Shown: positions 31,795 through 47,718 of the stretch, piece by piece
How positions within the stretch are numbered: the first letter of the stretch is position 1
How the letters are laid out: each line of letters starts with the position of its first letter
The notes under the pieces: generated by a model
Seen by the model: the letters and a program-made list of their open reading frames with translations, nothing else
The model's database searches: none
Told to the model about the DNA's origin: nothing
Translations under genes and position numbers: made by a program
Assembly: GCF_009914755.1 (NCBI RefSeq)
Contig: NC_060930.1
Origin: the human T2T-CHM13v2.0 reference genome, Homo sapiens
DNA: 64,000 nucleotides
Reading direction: 5' to 3' (one strand)

Positions 31795-33555
31795 TTTTAA
31801 AAAATTTCCAATTTTTAATTCTTATGGGTATATAGTAGGAGTATGTATTTATGGGGTACATGAAATATTTTGATACAGGTATGCAATGTGTAATAATCAC
31901 ATCATGGAGAATGGGGTATTCATCTACTGAAGCATTTATGCTTTGTGTTACGAACAATCCAATTATACTCTTTTAGTTATTGGAAGGGGAACATCACACT
32001 CTGGGGACTGTTGTGGGGTGGGGGGAGGGGGGAGGGATAGCATTAGGAGATATATCTAATGCTAAATGACGAGTTAATGGGTGCAGCACACCAACATGGC
32101 ACATGTATACATATGTAACTAACCTGCATATTGTGCACATGTACCCTAAAACTTAAAGTATAATAATAATAAAATAAAAAAATAAGTAAAATGTAGTTAC
32201 TATTGACTATAGTTACCCTTTTGTGCTGTAAAATAGTAGGTCTTATTCATTCTTCCTATTTTTTTGTACCCATTAACCATATCTACTTCCCTCTCAACCA
32301 CCCACTACCCTTACCAACCTCTGGTAACCATCCTTCTACTTTCTATGTCCATGAGTTCAACTGTTCTGACTGTTAGAGCCCACAAATAAGTGAGAACATG
32401 AGATGTTTGTCTTTCTGTGCCTGGTTTATTTCACTTAACATAATGATCTCCAGTTCCATCCATGTTGTGGCAAATGACAGGATCTCATTCTTTTTCATGG
32501 CTAAACAGTACTCCATTGTGTATATGTACCATATTTTCTTTATCCATTCATCCATTGATGAACACACGTTGCTTCCAAATCTTGGCTATTGTGGACAGTA
32601 CTGCAAGAAACATGGGAGTGCAGATATCTCTTCGATATACTGATTTCCTTTCTTTTGGGTATATATTCAGCAGTGGGATTGCTGGATTATATGGTAGCTC
32701 AATTTTTGGTTTTCTGAACCTCTAAACTGTTCTCCATAGTGGTTTGACTAATTTATATTCCCATCAACAGCGTACAAGTGTTTTCTTTTCTCCACATTCC
32801 ACCAGCATTTGTTATTGCCTGTCTTTTGGATATAAGCCATTTTAACTGGGGTGAGATGACATCTCATTGTAGTTTTGTTTTGCATTTCTCTGATGGTCAA
32901 TGATGTTGAGCACTTTTTCATATGCCTGTTTGCCATTTGTATGTCTTCTTTTGAGGAATGTCTATTCAAATCTTTTGCCTATTTTTGGATGGGATTATTA
33001 GATTTTTTTTCCTATAGAATTGTTTGAGCTCTAAACTATAGAGCAGTTTGCAAATATTTTCTCCCATCCTTTGGGTTGGCTTTTCACTTTGTTGATTGTT
33101 TCCTTTGCTGTGCAGAAGCTTTTTAACTGGATGTAATCCCATTTGACCATTTTTGCTTTGGTTGCCTGTGCAACCAAACTAATGTCCTGGAGATTTTCCT
33201 CAAATTTTTTTTGTAGTGGTTTCATAGTCTGAGGCCTTAGTTTTAAGTCCTTAATCCACTTTGATTTGATTTTTGTTCACAGCGAGAGATAGGGGTCTAG
33301 TGTTTATTCTTCTACATGTAGATATTCAGCTTTCCCAGCATCATTTCATGAAGAGACTGTTTTCTCCCCAGTGTATATGTTCTTGGCACCTTTGTCCAAA
33401 ATGAGTTCACTGTAGGTGTGTGGATTTGATTCTGGGTTCTCTATTCTGTTCCATTGGTCTCTGTGTTTTTATGCCAGTATATGCTGTTTTGGTGACTATA
33501 GGTGTGTAGTATAATTTGAAGTCAGCTAATGTGATTCCTCCAGCTTTGTTCTTTT
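31795..33555 (-). mobile_element. L1MA2-4-like 3' portion
   Basis: Antisense ORF2 C-terminal peptides (KNKAGGITLADFKLYY; [18 protein letters not shown]) and an L1MA 3' UTR. Confidence 0.85.
31982..32183 (+). mobile_element. L1PA3/4 3' tip nested in L1MA
   Basis: G-rich tract, gctaaatgacgag, ccctaaaacttaaagtataata and A tail. No clear TSD. Confidence 0.9.
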
Positions 33556-33928
33556 GAGCATTAAAGGCAAAGAAAATGTGGTTGCACAGAGGCATCATTT
33601 TTAAAGGAAATAGTCTGTTGTAACAGAGGAGGATGCCCATTATCTGTGAAGCTTAGAACACTGGATGTCCTCAGTCCTTCCCTTCTGTGCACTAGAATTC
33701 TTTGTCTAGCTGGTTAAGGAAAATAAAACTCATTCAAATATGAGTAAACAAAAAAGAGCTGGCATAGCATTTATACAGAGATCTATTAAATTGTGGAAAA
33801 CAATAGAAAAACGTTCCTATAGAAGAACGAAATACACCAGAAAGCTATTGCCAAGATGCAGATAAAACTTGTAACTTAACATCCCATGAATTAAAAATAA
33901 AAAACTTAATGGAGTAATAACTGTTATT

Positions 33929-34531
33929 ATTATTTTTAAATTAAATTAAATGTAATTTAATTTTAAGTTCCGGGATACCTGTGCAGGACATGCAGGTTTG
34001 TTACATAGGTAAATGTGTGCCATAGTGGTTTTCTGCACCTGTCAACCCATCACCTAGGTATTAAGCCCCACATGCATTAACTATTTATCCTGATGCTCTC
34101 TCCCCAACCCGCCCCACAGACAGGCCCCAGTGTGTGTTGTTCCTCTCCTTGTGTCCATGTGTTCTCATTGTTCAGCTCCCACTTATAAGTGAGAACATGC
34201 AGTGTTTGGTTTTCTGTCCCTGTGTTAGTTTGCTGACAATAATGGCTTTCAGCTTCATCCATGTCCCTGCAAAGAACATGATCTCATTCCTTTTTATGGC
34301 TGTATAGTATTCCATGGTGTATATGTACCACATTTTCTTGATCCAGTCTATCATTGATGAGCATTTGGGTGGATTACATGTCTTTGCTATTGTGACTAGT
34401 GTGGCAGTGAACATATGTGTGCATGTATCTTTATAATAAAATGATTTATATTCCTTTGGGTATATACCTAGTAATGGGATTGCTGGGTCAAATAGTATTT
34501 TTGGTTCTAGGTCTTTGAGGAATTGCCACAC
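33929..34531 (-). mobile_element. L1PA7-10-like 3' end
   Basis: TSD aataactgttatt/aataacagttatt at 33916-33928 and 34532-34544. Confidence 0.88.
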
Positions 34532-34544
34532 AATAACAGTTATT

Positions 34545-35300
34545 TTAATGAAAGTATACAAAGCAGAAATATGAGGACTCAGGGCTGGACAACAGAAAAT
34601 GAGGAACAAATTAAAGGAGAAGGTAAAATGGGATTTGGTAGAAACCATGAAAGAAATAAAAGTACAAATCAAAATTATTTCAGAAGTAAAGACTAATAAA
34701 TTAGATTTAGCACAAGGAAGAGTAGACACCATTGAAAGTACAGTGAGGGACAAAGGAGGTAGACATGAAATGAACGAGAAATACAGAGATAAAGAGGATT
34801 AGAGTCAAAATTATAGGAATAAAGTACGAGCAAAGGAGATCAAATACATTCACATAGAGTCTACCAAGAGAAAACCGAAACAAAAAAACAGAACAAATAT
34901 TTAAAAATACAATATTTAAAAATACAATTCAAGAAAACTTTTCAAATATAAAATAAGGCATGAATCTACGTATTTAAAGGGCTTATAATGGACCAGAAAA
35001 TTGCTCTAGAGAAGTCAAGACAAATCCTAAAATGATTAGAATAAAGAATGAATATTTTGAATGAGCCTGTAAAAATATCAAGTCACTTATGATGGGATGA
35101 AGTTGGGCAGGAGTCGGACTTCTTTAAAGATATGAATCTAACCTTAGAAGATTTTTTTTTTTTAAAGAATGAGCCAAAGATTTTATATGTGGTTAAAATA
35201 TCTTTTACATCTGAAAGATTCTAGAAAAACAGATTTCAATGTGCAAGAACACAGGAGACATTATTCATGTCAGCCCATTTTGAGGAAATGATTAGAGGAG
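34545..35300 (+). mobile_element. Very old L1M/HAL1-type ORF1 remnant (probably continuing 31160-31780 and 33560-33915)
   Basis: A-rich coiled-coil-like frame (ISEVKTNKLDLAQGRVDTIE) and aatacaattcaagaaaactttt motif. Confidence 0.5.
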
Positions 35301-36262
35301 GAACTCCCGCCAACCAAGCAACGGCTGGGGAAATGTCAGTGAAACTGGCAGTGAGAATTAAGGCAGTAGATTTAAGTCCCAAAGCAAAGAAGGGGAAAAT
35401 CCAAGGGGCAAAGTCTGAAAGCAGTGAAGGGAGTAAGCCCCAGCATATATCTGAAAGGGCCAAACCTTGATTGGCAATGACATGCCTCCTTCATTGGACA
35501 AAAGGAAGTAGGAAAAGCTGATTAGATGAAGGAAGACAGTTTCTATTTTCTCTGTGATGTAAAGGTTAAGTCTGTTCACCAAAATAAGGGGCTAGGACTG
35601 GGGTAAGGGTCAGCAATGTAAAGAAAAAAAATGTGTGGAAGAGAGTGAGAGATCAAGCTTCCAGAGAATTATAGTAGAAATATGTATAAGCAGACTTTGT
35701 TGCTTAAAGAAAATCTGCAATGAATCTCTTAGTTATAGCATACTATTTATTATGAGGTATTTGAATTTATTTATCCTGTAAATTGGATGTTGAATAGTGT
35801 GCAGAAGTTTGAAGTAGAATTGTATGTTATTTTGCATCTGTTGATATATTTCTTTCCATTTTTAAGTGCAAATCCATTCACTTAGTTTCATTTTTCTACT
35901 GTATTACAATGCACTGAGGATAAGGGATATCTTTTCATGGCACCCAACTCAGTACTCTGGTCACTTCATGTGTTCATTCAATAAATATTTGGTAAATTAA
36001 TAAATGAAACACAACTATAATATTTCATTCTGCTTAATATTTATTTTCTAACACTCGTCTTTAAAGATCCACATGAAATTAGTCTTACTTTTAATAATAA
36101 TTTAATTTTCAGGCTCCGAGAAAGTAATATATAAACTTGAAATTCCTGGTGAAGGTTAGAATAAAAATTGCAATGAAATTATAAATGTTAAGCTGCATAA
36201 GCTTCTCACTTGATTCATTTGATGGATTAAGGTATATATATGTCTCAATATCCCTCGTCTGG

Positions 36263-36568
36263 TTTTTTTTGTTTGTTTGTTTGTTTTGACAAGAGTCTCA
36301 CTCTGTTGCCCAGGCTGGAGTGCAGAGTGCAATCTCAGCTTACTGCAACATTTGCCTCCCAGGTTCAAGTGATTCTCATGCCTCAGCCTACCAAGTATCT
36401 GGGACTACAGGCACATGCTACCTTGCTCGGCTAATTTTTGTATGTTTAGTAAAGGAGGGGGTTTTGCCATGTTGGCCAGGCTGGACTCGAACTCCTGACC
36501 TCAAGTGATCCGCCCACCTCGGCCTCCCTAAGTGCTGGGATTACAGGCACGAGCCAGCACACTTGGCC
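36263..36568 (-). mobile_element. AluS
   Basis: Antisense dimer with (TTTG)n tail. Confidence 0.93.
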
Positions 36569-37419
36569 TGAATTTTTAAATAAAACAAAAAGTCATGTAT
36601 GGACTTTATATACAAAAAGTATATGAAGCACTGTGTTCATATAAGAATTGTTCCAGATAAGCCAGCCAGGGAGGGATTCAGTAGCAGCTACGAATTAAAA
36701 AAGGCCATTTGCCTGGTAATTTCAGGATGGTTAAACAATCAAGCACCACACAACTGTAGGACTACACTATCCAAGGGTGAGAATAAGAATTATTTTCTCT
36801 GGGACCTTTAGATGAACTAAGATTGAATTGTTTGCTTACTGGTGTGGGCAAAGCATTTCCAAGTCTTCTTTTCTAGTTTCCCACAGACCCGAAGAAGATT
36901 TTCCAAAGATATTCTCTCAATCCAATTGCAATCAAGCCAACATATACTAGACGCTGTTTTTCTTACAAAATTTGTAATATACATTTTATTTTGTTGTTAA
37001 TTTACTTTGAAAATGTCATTATTCAATAAAGCACACTGTTCACAATTTTGTGTGAAACAGAAAACACTTGAGGATTAAGCAACATCAAAGATAATTTATA
37101 GCTACCAAATTATTGCTTACATAAGCAAAAGGAAGGCTGAGATGGTGAAAAGTAAGCCATACGGGGAAGAACTGAAGAAAGTGTGGCTATGCATTGTGTA
37201 ATTTATGTCTTTAATGAGGAAAATTTCAGAATGATAATTGAGAACATCTATAACAATAGCTATGGCTTGGTATGGAAGGATTCCACAGCTCAAGAGAAAA
37301 GGATGGTCTGATTCAACATGAGACAGCCCTTTCACCTTGACATCTTGTTATCTGACTCTTTAAGAAGAGCCCCAGATCTACTATCCACAGCTTTAATCAC
37401 TGCATGTTTTGAGGAACAA

Positions 37420-37630
37420 GACTGTGCTATAGTTGAAAGAGAATACACTTTGGAACCAAGAAGAATGGGGTCCCAATCTTCACTGCAGTATATACTAAAC
37501 ATGAGCCCAGAATTTGACAATACCTTCTCTGCAGAAGTGTTATTTAATATTACCAATAATGTGAGCAAAGCACTTAGCAGAGTACTGGGCACATAGGAAG
37601 TCTGGGATGAATGATAACTACTATTATTAC
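37420..37630 (+). mobile_element. MIR
   Basis: aaagcacttagcagagtactgggcacataggaag tail. Confidence 0.55.
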
Positions 37631-38149
37631 TCTTTCATGGAGAGAAATTTTATTAGGGTTAAAAAAAATCTCAGAGTAACTAAACATCCACAAATCTCAA
37701 ACAGCCATCTGTTTTGAGCAACATTCATATTATGAAACTCCAACTCACTGAAATGATTTAGATACCCTCTTAAAATTCACCATAATGAGATTTGGCCTGC
37801 ACCAGAGAAAAGTCGTTAATGACCTAATTGTGAAATCTGATGGCCTGTTTTCAGTCATCTTTTTATTTATCTCCTCTGTGGCACATAATGCTATTGACTA
37901 TTCTTAATTCATTCATTTGGATTCCTTAACAATGCTCTCTCCTGGTTTTTCTCTGATTTCAGGCTCCTTTCCTGGGGCTAAGATTTCACAGAGGACTTTT
38001 CTCCACTTCCTGATCTCATTTTCTGTGAAGACTTCACTTAAGTTTGCTGGGCAGAGTCAACACAGTTCAACAAACTTTTATTCAGTAGCTACTACATCCT
38101 TGCCTTTCTTTTAGGTATTGGAGTAACAATGACAAATGAGACTGGAGTG

Positions 38150-38530
38150 ATGCAGACTTCCTATGCTCAGCCATATTGAATTCTTCTCTCCTTCCTGAAC
38201 ACACTGGAAGGTTATGCCTCTCAGCCCCTTGCAGGAGATGAGGCCATGCAGCCAGTTCTAGCATGAAATGTGAATGCAATGATGTGAATGCAAATCCTGT
38301 GCAGAGGTATTAAGAGCCACGGTGCTGCTTTCTCACTCTCTCGCTCATGGCACCGTGACTGCAGAAATGATGTGTTGAGCTGACAGTGTCACAGTGTGGA
38401 GGGAGCCTGGACCTAGGATTGCCAGATGGAGGGAATTCCTACCGACTTGCATCCAATTTTGCATGATTGAAAAATAACTTGCACTAAGCTGCTGAAATTC
38501 AGTTTATTACCACACTCTATTCTACCCTAT
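38150..38530 (+). mobile_element. Old MLT1 (H/I/J-like) LTR
   Basis: cagccccttgcaggagatgaggccatg...tgaaatgtgaatg; taagctgctgaaatt. Confidence 0.5.
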
Positions 38531-39254
38531 CTGCTCCTAAACTGCTAAAATACAACATACTTGGAGGAGATGTGTATATGTGTATAAGCAGATACTACCA
38601 AGAAAAAGTGCTAAAGGCTATCACAGAGTGATCACAGTATATTTTTGGAACATTGAGAAGGGGCAGTGAGCTCATTCTGAGGGAGAGTGTTTAGGGAAGA
38701 TGTGACTTCTTGGTTCTAACTCATCTCTTTCTTCTCATTTTCCCATCCCTGAACCCAACTTAGAGCAGGTGTCAGGGGAGGGAGGGCCACTCTGGGCAGC
38801 AGTTTGCCTAGATTATTATGAGCCAGAAACCTAAGCCTGAGCATCCATTTTTTCTCAGTGCAGGTTCCTGTTACTTGAGGTTTTCTTACAGCCATGATGA
38901 CTGAAAAAACCAGATGAGATAGTGAGGATATGGAGCTTCATGACTTTTTACTTAGCACTGCCCAGACCAAAGTCAGCCAGAGAAACAACATCGAGCTGAA
39001 TCTGAAAGCTCTCTTGAATACACAGTCTTTATGGATGGCTTATTCCTTTAATTTGTTTCTGCATTCTTCATCTGTGTTCCTAATACCTCACAAATTTCCT
39101 TCCAGATCTTCCCCTGTGGTAGAGCTAATTGGAAAATGTGCAACTTATAGCTATCCTGTATTCATTTACATGGATTTTTTTCTTGTTGTAATGCCATCAC
39201 TATAAGGTTTGGATCCTATTGCCAGGGAAAATCTTAGTTTAAGCCCTAACCTAA

Positions 39255-39734
<480 letters not shown>

Positions 39735-39926
39735 TGTTCTCTAGTTTCTACTGGATTTATTAGTGAAACTCTTCAGTGCCTTCCCCACTTCCTAAAGCTA
39801 CAGGTTATATGGGTGAGGGGACACTTGAGATGAATATGGAAGACCTAGTATTATTTAGCCAGGTGAACAAGAGTTAAAATATCAATTCAGACAGAGCATG
39901 GGCATGAAATACTATGGAGGTATTAA

Positions 39927-40437
<511 letters not shown>

Positions 40438-40880
40438 GAAATACAGGTAATTTGATATGGAGAGAGTGTGTATTTGGACTGGAGGTGTCTTAAGGCCTCA
40501 CTCCTGGGTGCTGGGGCTGGTTTCCTTGGCTGTTGGTTGAGTTACAACGTGGAATAGAATTGTAAGGGTTTCTAAGAATTAGTGTAGGATGTTCATTCCC
40601 AAAGCAAACACAAAATCCAAGAACTGGGGGATTAATCTAAGTCAAAGTCAGTTAGAAGAAAGTCTAGATTTAACAGAAAGATAGACTCTAGACACCAGAC
40701 TCAGAAGGCCTGAAGTGGGATCAGGTTGGAGTCATAGAGCCAGGGGAAGAGGAGATTGGAGCAGAGTCAGGTATGGATCAGGTAAGAGGGCTGGGGTTCA
40801 TCCAGAGAGAGAGCTCTAGAACCCAATGGGTATTTGTGTCTTGTCTTTATGAACTGGTGGATTCAAAAAGGGACCATGGT

Positions 40881-41800
<920 letters not shown>

Positions 41801-42165
41801 AACTGCAAGTCAAAAACGACAGTAGGGGAGAACACAGAGATACTGATTTGATGATGCTGTCAGAGAAGAGATGCTCTAATCCAGAGAGAACATAGTAAAA
41901 ACAGGGTAAAGATGAATCCCAGAGGAGAGTGTTTAGTGTTATTAACCCGGATTTTAGGTTAAAGATATGAGAGAAAACATCTGGAAAGAAGGAGAGGCAA
42001 TGGCACCAAGGGCCATAATGGATGAATTGGTCTTGAATGAGAGAGGAAGCACCTTCATCTACTTGGTTTACAGAAACAGGTATATACTTTAATAGGTGCT
42101 GGGTCAAAATGTTGAGGGAACTCATCACATAAGTAAGAAATGTTGTTTTTTACCATTCACTAAAA

Positions 42166-42372
42166 TAGGGGTAAGCAAACTATTTTTCTGAAAAGCTGGA
42201 TAGCCAATAGTTTAGGCTTTGTGGGCCCTAGAGTCTCTGTCACAACTTACTATTCTCGTTATAGCATAAAAGCAGCCATATACGTTAAACAAATGGTGTG
42301 TTCTAATAAAACTTTATTTAAAACAGGTGGTGGGCTGAATTTAGCCTGTAAGCCAAAGTGTGTTGACCCCTG
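42166..42372 (+). mobile_element. MER58A (hAT-Charlie MITE)
   Basis: aggggtaagcaaact...ttaggctttgtgggcc...aaagcagccata...ttgacccctg. Confidence 0.8.
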
Positions 42373-45300
42373 TATAAGAGGGTTGAGACCTGGGCTGAAG
42401 GTTTGAAGTGAGTGTCAGAGGTTTGGCTTTGTCTTTGCAAAAAAATGGGAGAGGGTGAGTGCCAATCAGAGATAAGGAAGAGGATAAGGTGGAACGGCCG
42501 AGTGACATTAGAAAGGATGGGTGGGCTGGGACTCCATTTACATTGTTTGCTAGTCTCCAGTGATCCAGAGTTACTCCCTCTCTGCAATCCCAGAGCATTG
42601 CTTATATTTCTGGCTAATCAGGGGTGTCCCTCCCCCTAAACTGTGGGCATTTTGAGAGCAAGGTCCTTGTTTTATGCATTTTTTAAATAGCCTGATTTTC
42701 CTCATTTTCCAGCTTAAAGATCACTTTCTTTAACTGTAGACATTTGTCCCTCACTTCCCTGGGACACAGTGAGAGCCATTTCCCAAACCTGGACTGCAAA
42801 TGCCAGGCCTGTCTCACTTCATGTTGAGTCCACCCAGGCTTGTGTCACCCTTTGAGGGCTGGTGACTAATGCGGTGACTGTTAGCCAGTCAGAGAAGCTG
42901 AAGTCATGTAGCAATTACGGCTCTACACACACACACACACACCCACTGTTTTATCTGTCCCCCTTTATCTCCCCCCATCTTCCTGTCATTGGAACAAAAA
43001 AATTTTCTGACTTCACATGGCCAGCACAGCTGTCCAACTGACTGAACACACAGAAGCAAATGAAGTCAGTGGAAGAATGAGTCACCACACAGCAGTGTCT
43101 TTTACACTCGCCTCCACCCTCCCCCACCTGCTCCTGACTTGGGATTGACTGCTCCGGAACTAGCACTTCACCCCCTCTCCAAGGGCAATGTGCACGGAAG
43201 AGCCCTTTTGAGAGAGGAAGTAACTCACTTGGCAAATTTGTTGTTCATTCCTGGTCCACCTAGTTCAGTAACATCATTAAGATCCAATGAGGAGATAGTG
43301 GGGCTTAAGGGGCATAGACAATTGAGCAGCCTAGTGGTGTTTAAATATTTTCTAGAAAAAAGACAAACAGTATACAATTTAAGAACCACATCCATACATT
43401 TAGTTATAGCCTGATAATGTTTCTTGAGTCATCACACGGAGTGAATCTATAACCAGGAAAACACATAGGAACCAACGCTAATCTTATTCCTGAAGTTGTC
43501 CGTATGAATTCATGAGAAGTCCTGAAAGTAAGCATCTTGCAGGGCAAATGGCACTGCCTGATCCTCTAAGCTGAGGTTGGTAGTTTTCATCATGATGGTT
43601 TTATTTGGATCAGTGTTGGCATGGATTTAAAATTTATGAGTCTAGATCTTCAATAATAATAATATCAATGATATGATTAACAAGCAATTTCTTTTCTTGC
43701 TGCGATCCCTGTTTTTCTGTTGTGAATTTCTCCTATCTTGAGGATGATGTGATCACAAAATGGGAACCTTAGACTGGTTGATATTTGTCTTATTCTCATG
43801 TCGACTACATTTTCTGCTTTTTTGTGCCATTGGTCAACCATCTAATCATAGCCCTTGGATCTTCCTCTTTCAAAGTTCTCTTTCCTCTTCTTTGTAATAG
43901 ACCTCCCAGGGGACTGTGCTTGGATTCTCAGGCCAAGGAGGAGAGAAATAGACAAGACTGAAGCTGGAGGAGCAGCTGCTGGTTCACCCGCTGCCAAGAC
44001 TTGGCAGCAGGTTCCTGGGGAAGCAGTAGGCACCTGGTTCACACAGGACCAGCACAGCTGGTCCAGCTTTTGACTGGCAGAGCGTGGCTTCCTTCGTCAC
44101 CAAAGTGACTGGCCCTGTGATTTTGCTACAGCCTGCCGAAACCGAGAGGGACACAGTGAAAGCCGTACACCTCCGCGAAGCAGGTGCAAGTCACATTTCA
44201 CTAATGAACAATGGGCACTTTGCACACAGGAGGCTTTGATCTGAATGCTAAAAAGCCCTTCTGTTGGACAGGCTGTTGGCTGAGGTAGGCAGCAGTGAGA
44301 AGCATTGGGAAGGATTCTCTATCCAAGAAAGTTGGTGCAAGAGCTGTCATCAAATAATACTTGCAGAGGCAAACACTCTCATTCTCAGGAATTTCCTTGG
44401 AGGAAAGCAATGTGTTTATGGGGGTAAAATGTTCATGAAACCATAGATCCCCATGATTGACAGATATAGTCCAGACCTCCATTTATGCCCCTACCACCCA
44501 TGACCACCATATCAGTACGATCTCTTTGCCTACCCCATGCTTAAATATTTCTGATAAACATGGATCCTGGTAATTCTATTAGTCCATCAATCAATGGATT
44601 CTATATTTGGACCATCCCCCAAATGAATAAAATATTTCTTCCATATTAAACTTAAGTCTGTCTTCTACCTATTAGTTTTAGTTTTGTCTCATGGAGTGAT
44701 ACGGGACAATTCATCTTGAGAAAGAGGGCATCCATTTGGGAGCCTTTCAGGTATTTGAAAGCCACTCTCGTGTCTTCCAGCAAATGTTAATAGGGTATCT
44801 TTTAATAAAAGAACAAAAGTAAATACATTTATAAATAGAAATAAAATAAGATAAATGGGTACTTTTATGTACTAAATGGTACCTTTCCCCTCCACAGTGA
44901 TTTCAAAGGCTCCATCCAAATATATTGTCTCCTCCCCTAAAAAAATCAGCATAATTGCAGGCTTTTTACAATGCAAAAGATCTTAGAGATCATCTTGTCT
45001 AAGCCTTCATTTCACAGATGGGGACCCAGAGGCTTATCAAGGTGACAGTAATTTAGAGTTGAGACAAGAGGCCAAGCCAGCATAGGGGTTGTTTCTGTAG
45101 GTCTTGTTGCCCTGATGATGTCTGTGATCAAGTGCAAGAGTGACTCTGATTCCATGCAAATTATCCATTCCACTCTTTAAGCACATAGGACTTCCATTGT
45201 CTCACTTTACTTTCTCTACAACCTGCTCTCAAAGGATAATCTGATCTGAGGCATCATGTGAATTTCAGCCTATGGGTTTCTATTCTTGTGAATATTTGAA

Positions 45301-45605
45301 TTCATTCCTCTCACTTTTCATTGAGAAGTGTAGTGTTGAGTAAGGGATTTGAGGCCTCGTAAAGCAGACGAGGGAGGGGCATTTAGGGAGAGAGTAAGGA
45401 GGGTGTGTCTGTACGAGGATTAGGTCTTCTTGGGGCAAGGACCAGGGTATTTCCAAGTCTGTAAGGACATATTTGGTATTGCCAATGCCAGATAAACAGG
45501 ATCGTATTTTGTCCATGTGAATCCTATGGCCAGTACTGACGAGTCTAGAGGCAAACCCCAAAGAAGGACCAGCACAAGCAAAATATTGTTCAAAAGCTGA
45601 CTATG

Positions 45606-45944
<339 letters not shown>

Positions 45945-46914
45945 CTATGCTGGAGCCAGAGAGGTTCAAGGCAGTGAGAATAGAATCACATGGTCATCGT
46001 CCATGGAGCTGTATAGCAGAGCAACATGGCTACAGACACTGCACCTGAGCCCAGTAAATATCATGCCAGAGGCAGAGGAAAAGGAAGAAAAGGCCTAACT
46101 GGACATGTGCAGTTGAGAGACGGTTATTCAGTATTGAGGCTTACAAGGAGAAGGGTGTGCGTGTGGAGTAGGAAAGGATATATGAAGATACCCTGAAGGA
46201 AAGGTAGAGAGACATGGGTTCAAAGCCTCATGTGGGAAAGCTTTGAGCCATTGTGTGAGCAAGGATCTTTGTGCCTGGGAAGGCTTTCTGTATTTCCATT
46301 CTTGGGTAGGCCCAGAACAAGTGGGAATATAACATTTCAGAGAGACAAACATCACTGTTTTCCAATTCTGGATCAAATCTTGGAAGATAAACTTGTTTGG
46401 GTGGATAGTCTACAGTAGACTGACTGACTCCAGTGGTTACTCTGCCACCTAATGAGCTGCTTCTCCTCTTTGGAGCTGGCTCAGGACGCAAACAGCATCA
46501 AACCCAGAGCTATCAGGCCTTTGAGAATTAGCTGAACAGGGGCTAGGAAAAGCAGGGAATGATATTACAGGTGTTGACAGCTGCACATTTTCCTATTTTT
46601 CTCTTTTTCTCACCTTATCAAAACAGATCTGTCCTATGCATCATAATCCCTGGACCTAGCTGTTTGTTAAGAAACTAATCAATTAATTTTGCAGGAACAT
46701 TATGACTAACTAGAGTATAATGTCATTATCAGAACACATTTGGCATAGATGTGGGAATGGAAATGAAAAGTGAATTTACTCAGAGGAATGGGAAAACGGG
46801 ATCAGGGTGTATGTGAGTGTGCATGTGTGTCTATGAGAGGCAGAGAGAGAGGGAGAGGGAGAATTAATAAACTTAAGAAAATGATTCCTCCATAAGAACT
46901 GGAGTTCTGGAGTT

Positions 46915-47160
46915 CCTCTGGCATGATACTTCCTGGGCTCAGGTGCAGTGTCTGTAGCTATGTTGCTCTGTTATACAGCTCCATGGATGGTGACCATGTG
47001 ATTCTATTCTCACTGCCTTGAACCTCTCTGGCTCCAGCATAGTCAGTTTTTTTTTGTTTTTTGTTTTGTTTTTTTTTAGATGGAGTCTGTCTCTGTCACC
47101 CAGGCTGGAGTGCAGTGTCACGATCTCGGTTCACTGCAACATCTGCCTCCCAGGTTCAAG
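46915..47160 (-). repeat. Inverted duplicate of 45802-46072 (Alu 3' end plus unique flank)
   Basis: Reverse complement matches the 132-bp unique flank with 6 substitutions. Confidence 0.95.
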
Positions 47161-47325
47161 GCTGAAGATATATTACAGATCTCTCTCTGTCTCTTCAAGC
47201 TCTGCACTCTTCTTTACCCCCCAGATATTATTGCTCTCCAGGGGTTTGCCATGGGAATAGATTTCCCCACTGCTAATAGGTTTCATGACTGCCCTACCCC
47301 TTAGCGATCTTCTTTTGCCTAATCA

Positions 47326-47718
<393 letters not shown>

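Noticed and set aside
34172-34753. 193-aa ORF
   Set aside because: Chance fusion of flank with an L1PA ORF2 C-terminal fragment; no catalytic domain or expression cue.
46915-47160. Alu-mediated 3' transduction as the origin of the duplicate
   Set aside because: No poly(A) at the distal end of the copied flank and no TSD; a DNA-level mechanism fits better.
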